Source of the DNA: an uncultured Candidatus Saccharibacteria bacterium
GTDB lineage: Bacteria; Patescibacteriota; Minisyncoccia; Phycocordibacterales; UBA918
Direction of reading: 5' to 3'
Length of the DNA stretch: 35,302 bases
Assembly: GCA_964402035.1 (NCBI GenBank)
Contig: CAYOAM010000003.1
Location: 228,657-263,958, forward strand
The translations under genes and the position numbers were made by a program. Each line of letters begins with the position of its first letter. Position 1 is the stretch's first letter. Below the pieces are notes generated by a model, which was not told where the DNA came from, made no database searches, and saw nothing but the letters and a program-made list of their open reading frames with translations. Positions 34,472-35,302 of the stretch are shown in pieces.

Positions 34472-34560
34472 GCGCAGCTATGTTTTTGTTTGAGCTTTGC
34501 TCAAGGCAAAAACAGCGAGCTGGGGTAGCGAAATTTTTCCGTCAGGAAAAATATTTGTGA
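34472..34560 (+). repeat. structured repeat (type B), copy 2
   Basis: Homologous to 1271-1357, with a 28-bp identical core. Confidence 0.8.
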
Positions 34561-34775
34561 CCACAAAAGACATACAATACATCCCGCCTGCGCGGGATTT
34601 TCTGATTGTGTGGGAGTCGGAACCATGTCGCTTTGCGACTGGTGAGACGTGGTCAAGAGCACTTAGCACATTTCTATGCAATAAGTAATTTGGTTAGTGA
34701 CTCAGGACTACACAAAAACTAAGAAACTTAGAACTGGCGCCAAGTCCCTCACCAGTAGTCTTAGTGAATGTAATT

Positions 34776-35279
34776 TCAGTGTAACCAACTTCTAGTATCA
34801 ACAAAGAGTTGTGGAAATACCCAGAATGCGGCAAGGAGTATGGGAAGACAAAGACCATAGAGAAAAAGTTTGGAATGTCTAGAAGTCTGGTCCGATTTTT
34901 CTATCACGAAAGGCATAGCTAGTGGTAAAAGAAGGGGAGTGTATGCACTGATGACCACACTGAGCGGCTTATGAAGAAGGTATATGCTAAGAGTATCGGA
35001 AAGTAGGTTAAAAATATCCGCATACAGAACACATAAATAAAGAAAGCAGTAACCTAAAGTAAACCTAGCCACTTTTGTTAGTATGGGCGCATCTTTTGAT
35101 TTCTTAGCAACATAAAGAGAGATAAGAATTTCTGTAAATATTATTAAGGAGACGATAAATGCGAAAGTTATTACGTCATCGTGGCTCAAATAAGCAAGAG
35201 CCCCAAAGGGTAAGAATATACTGATAAGTGTGGAGAGTATGGAAAACCCAACCCCAGACATCAGTGCCTTTTTGAACAT
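34776..35279 (-). CDS. multi-pass membrane protein
   Basis: 167-aa ORF, about 5 hydrophobic segments. Confidence 0.7.
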   Translation of the reverse strand: MFKKALMSGVGFSILSTLISIFLPFGALAYLSHDDVITFAFIVSLIIFTEILISLYVAKKSKDAPILTKVARFTLGYCFLYLCVLYADIFNLLSDTLSIYLLHKPLSVVISAYTPLLLPLAMPFVIEKSDQTSRHSKLFLYGLCLPILLAAFWVFPQLFVDTRSWLH

Positions 35280-35302
35280 AAAGCTATGGTAGCATGCACG
35301 AT

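Overview
Bacterial chromosomal window that looks like Patescibacteria/CPR (probably Parcubacteria). This is inferred from gene content and order (murE-ruvA, rpsT, ruvX, pilMNO, Ig/CARDB surface proteins) and from mostly SD-less core genes. Housekeeping blocks at 1.4-5.2 kb and 26.7-31.8 kb flank a ~21 kb accessory region. That region holds an exported lipase plus small membrane partner, an AT-rich methyltransferase/glycosyltransferase/nucleotidyltransferase island, and a Sel1 protein. It also holds a compact candidate RiPP (azole/TOMM-type) locus: a stand-alone YcaO ending in PHPFP and a SagB-type dehydrogenase, divergent from a membrane-targeted Cys/Ser/Thr-rich precursor coupled to a catalytically degenerate C39-like/TPR protein. 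TPR, beta-propeller and two paralogous CARDB/PKD surface proteins follow. Second highlight: all five tRNA genes (Lys-UUU, Arg-GCG, Ser-UGA, Arg-UCU, Val-UAC) are followed by the same structured non-coding element (anti-T-arm segment matched to its own tRNA, long stem, GTACY, 5-bp hairpin, copy of the tRNA 3' end) with compensatory base changes. All calls are from visual motif recognition; no searches were run.
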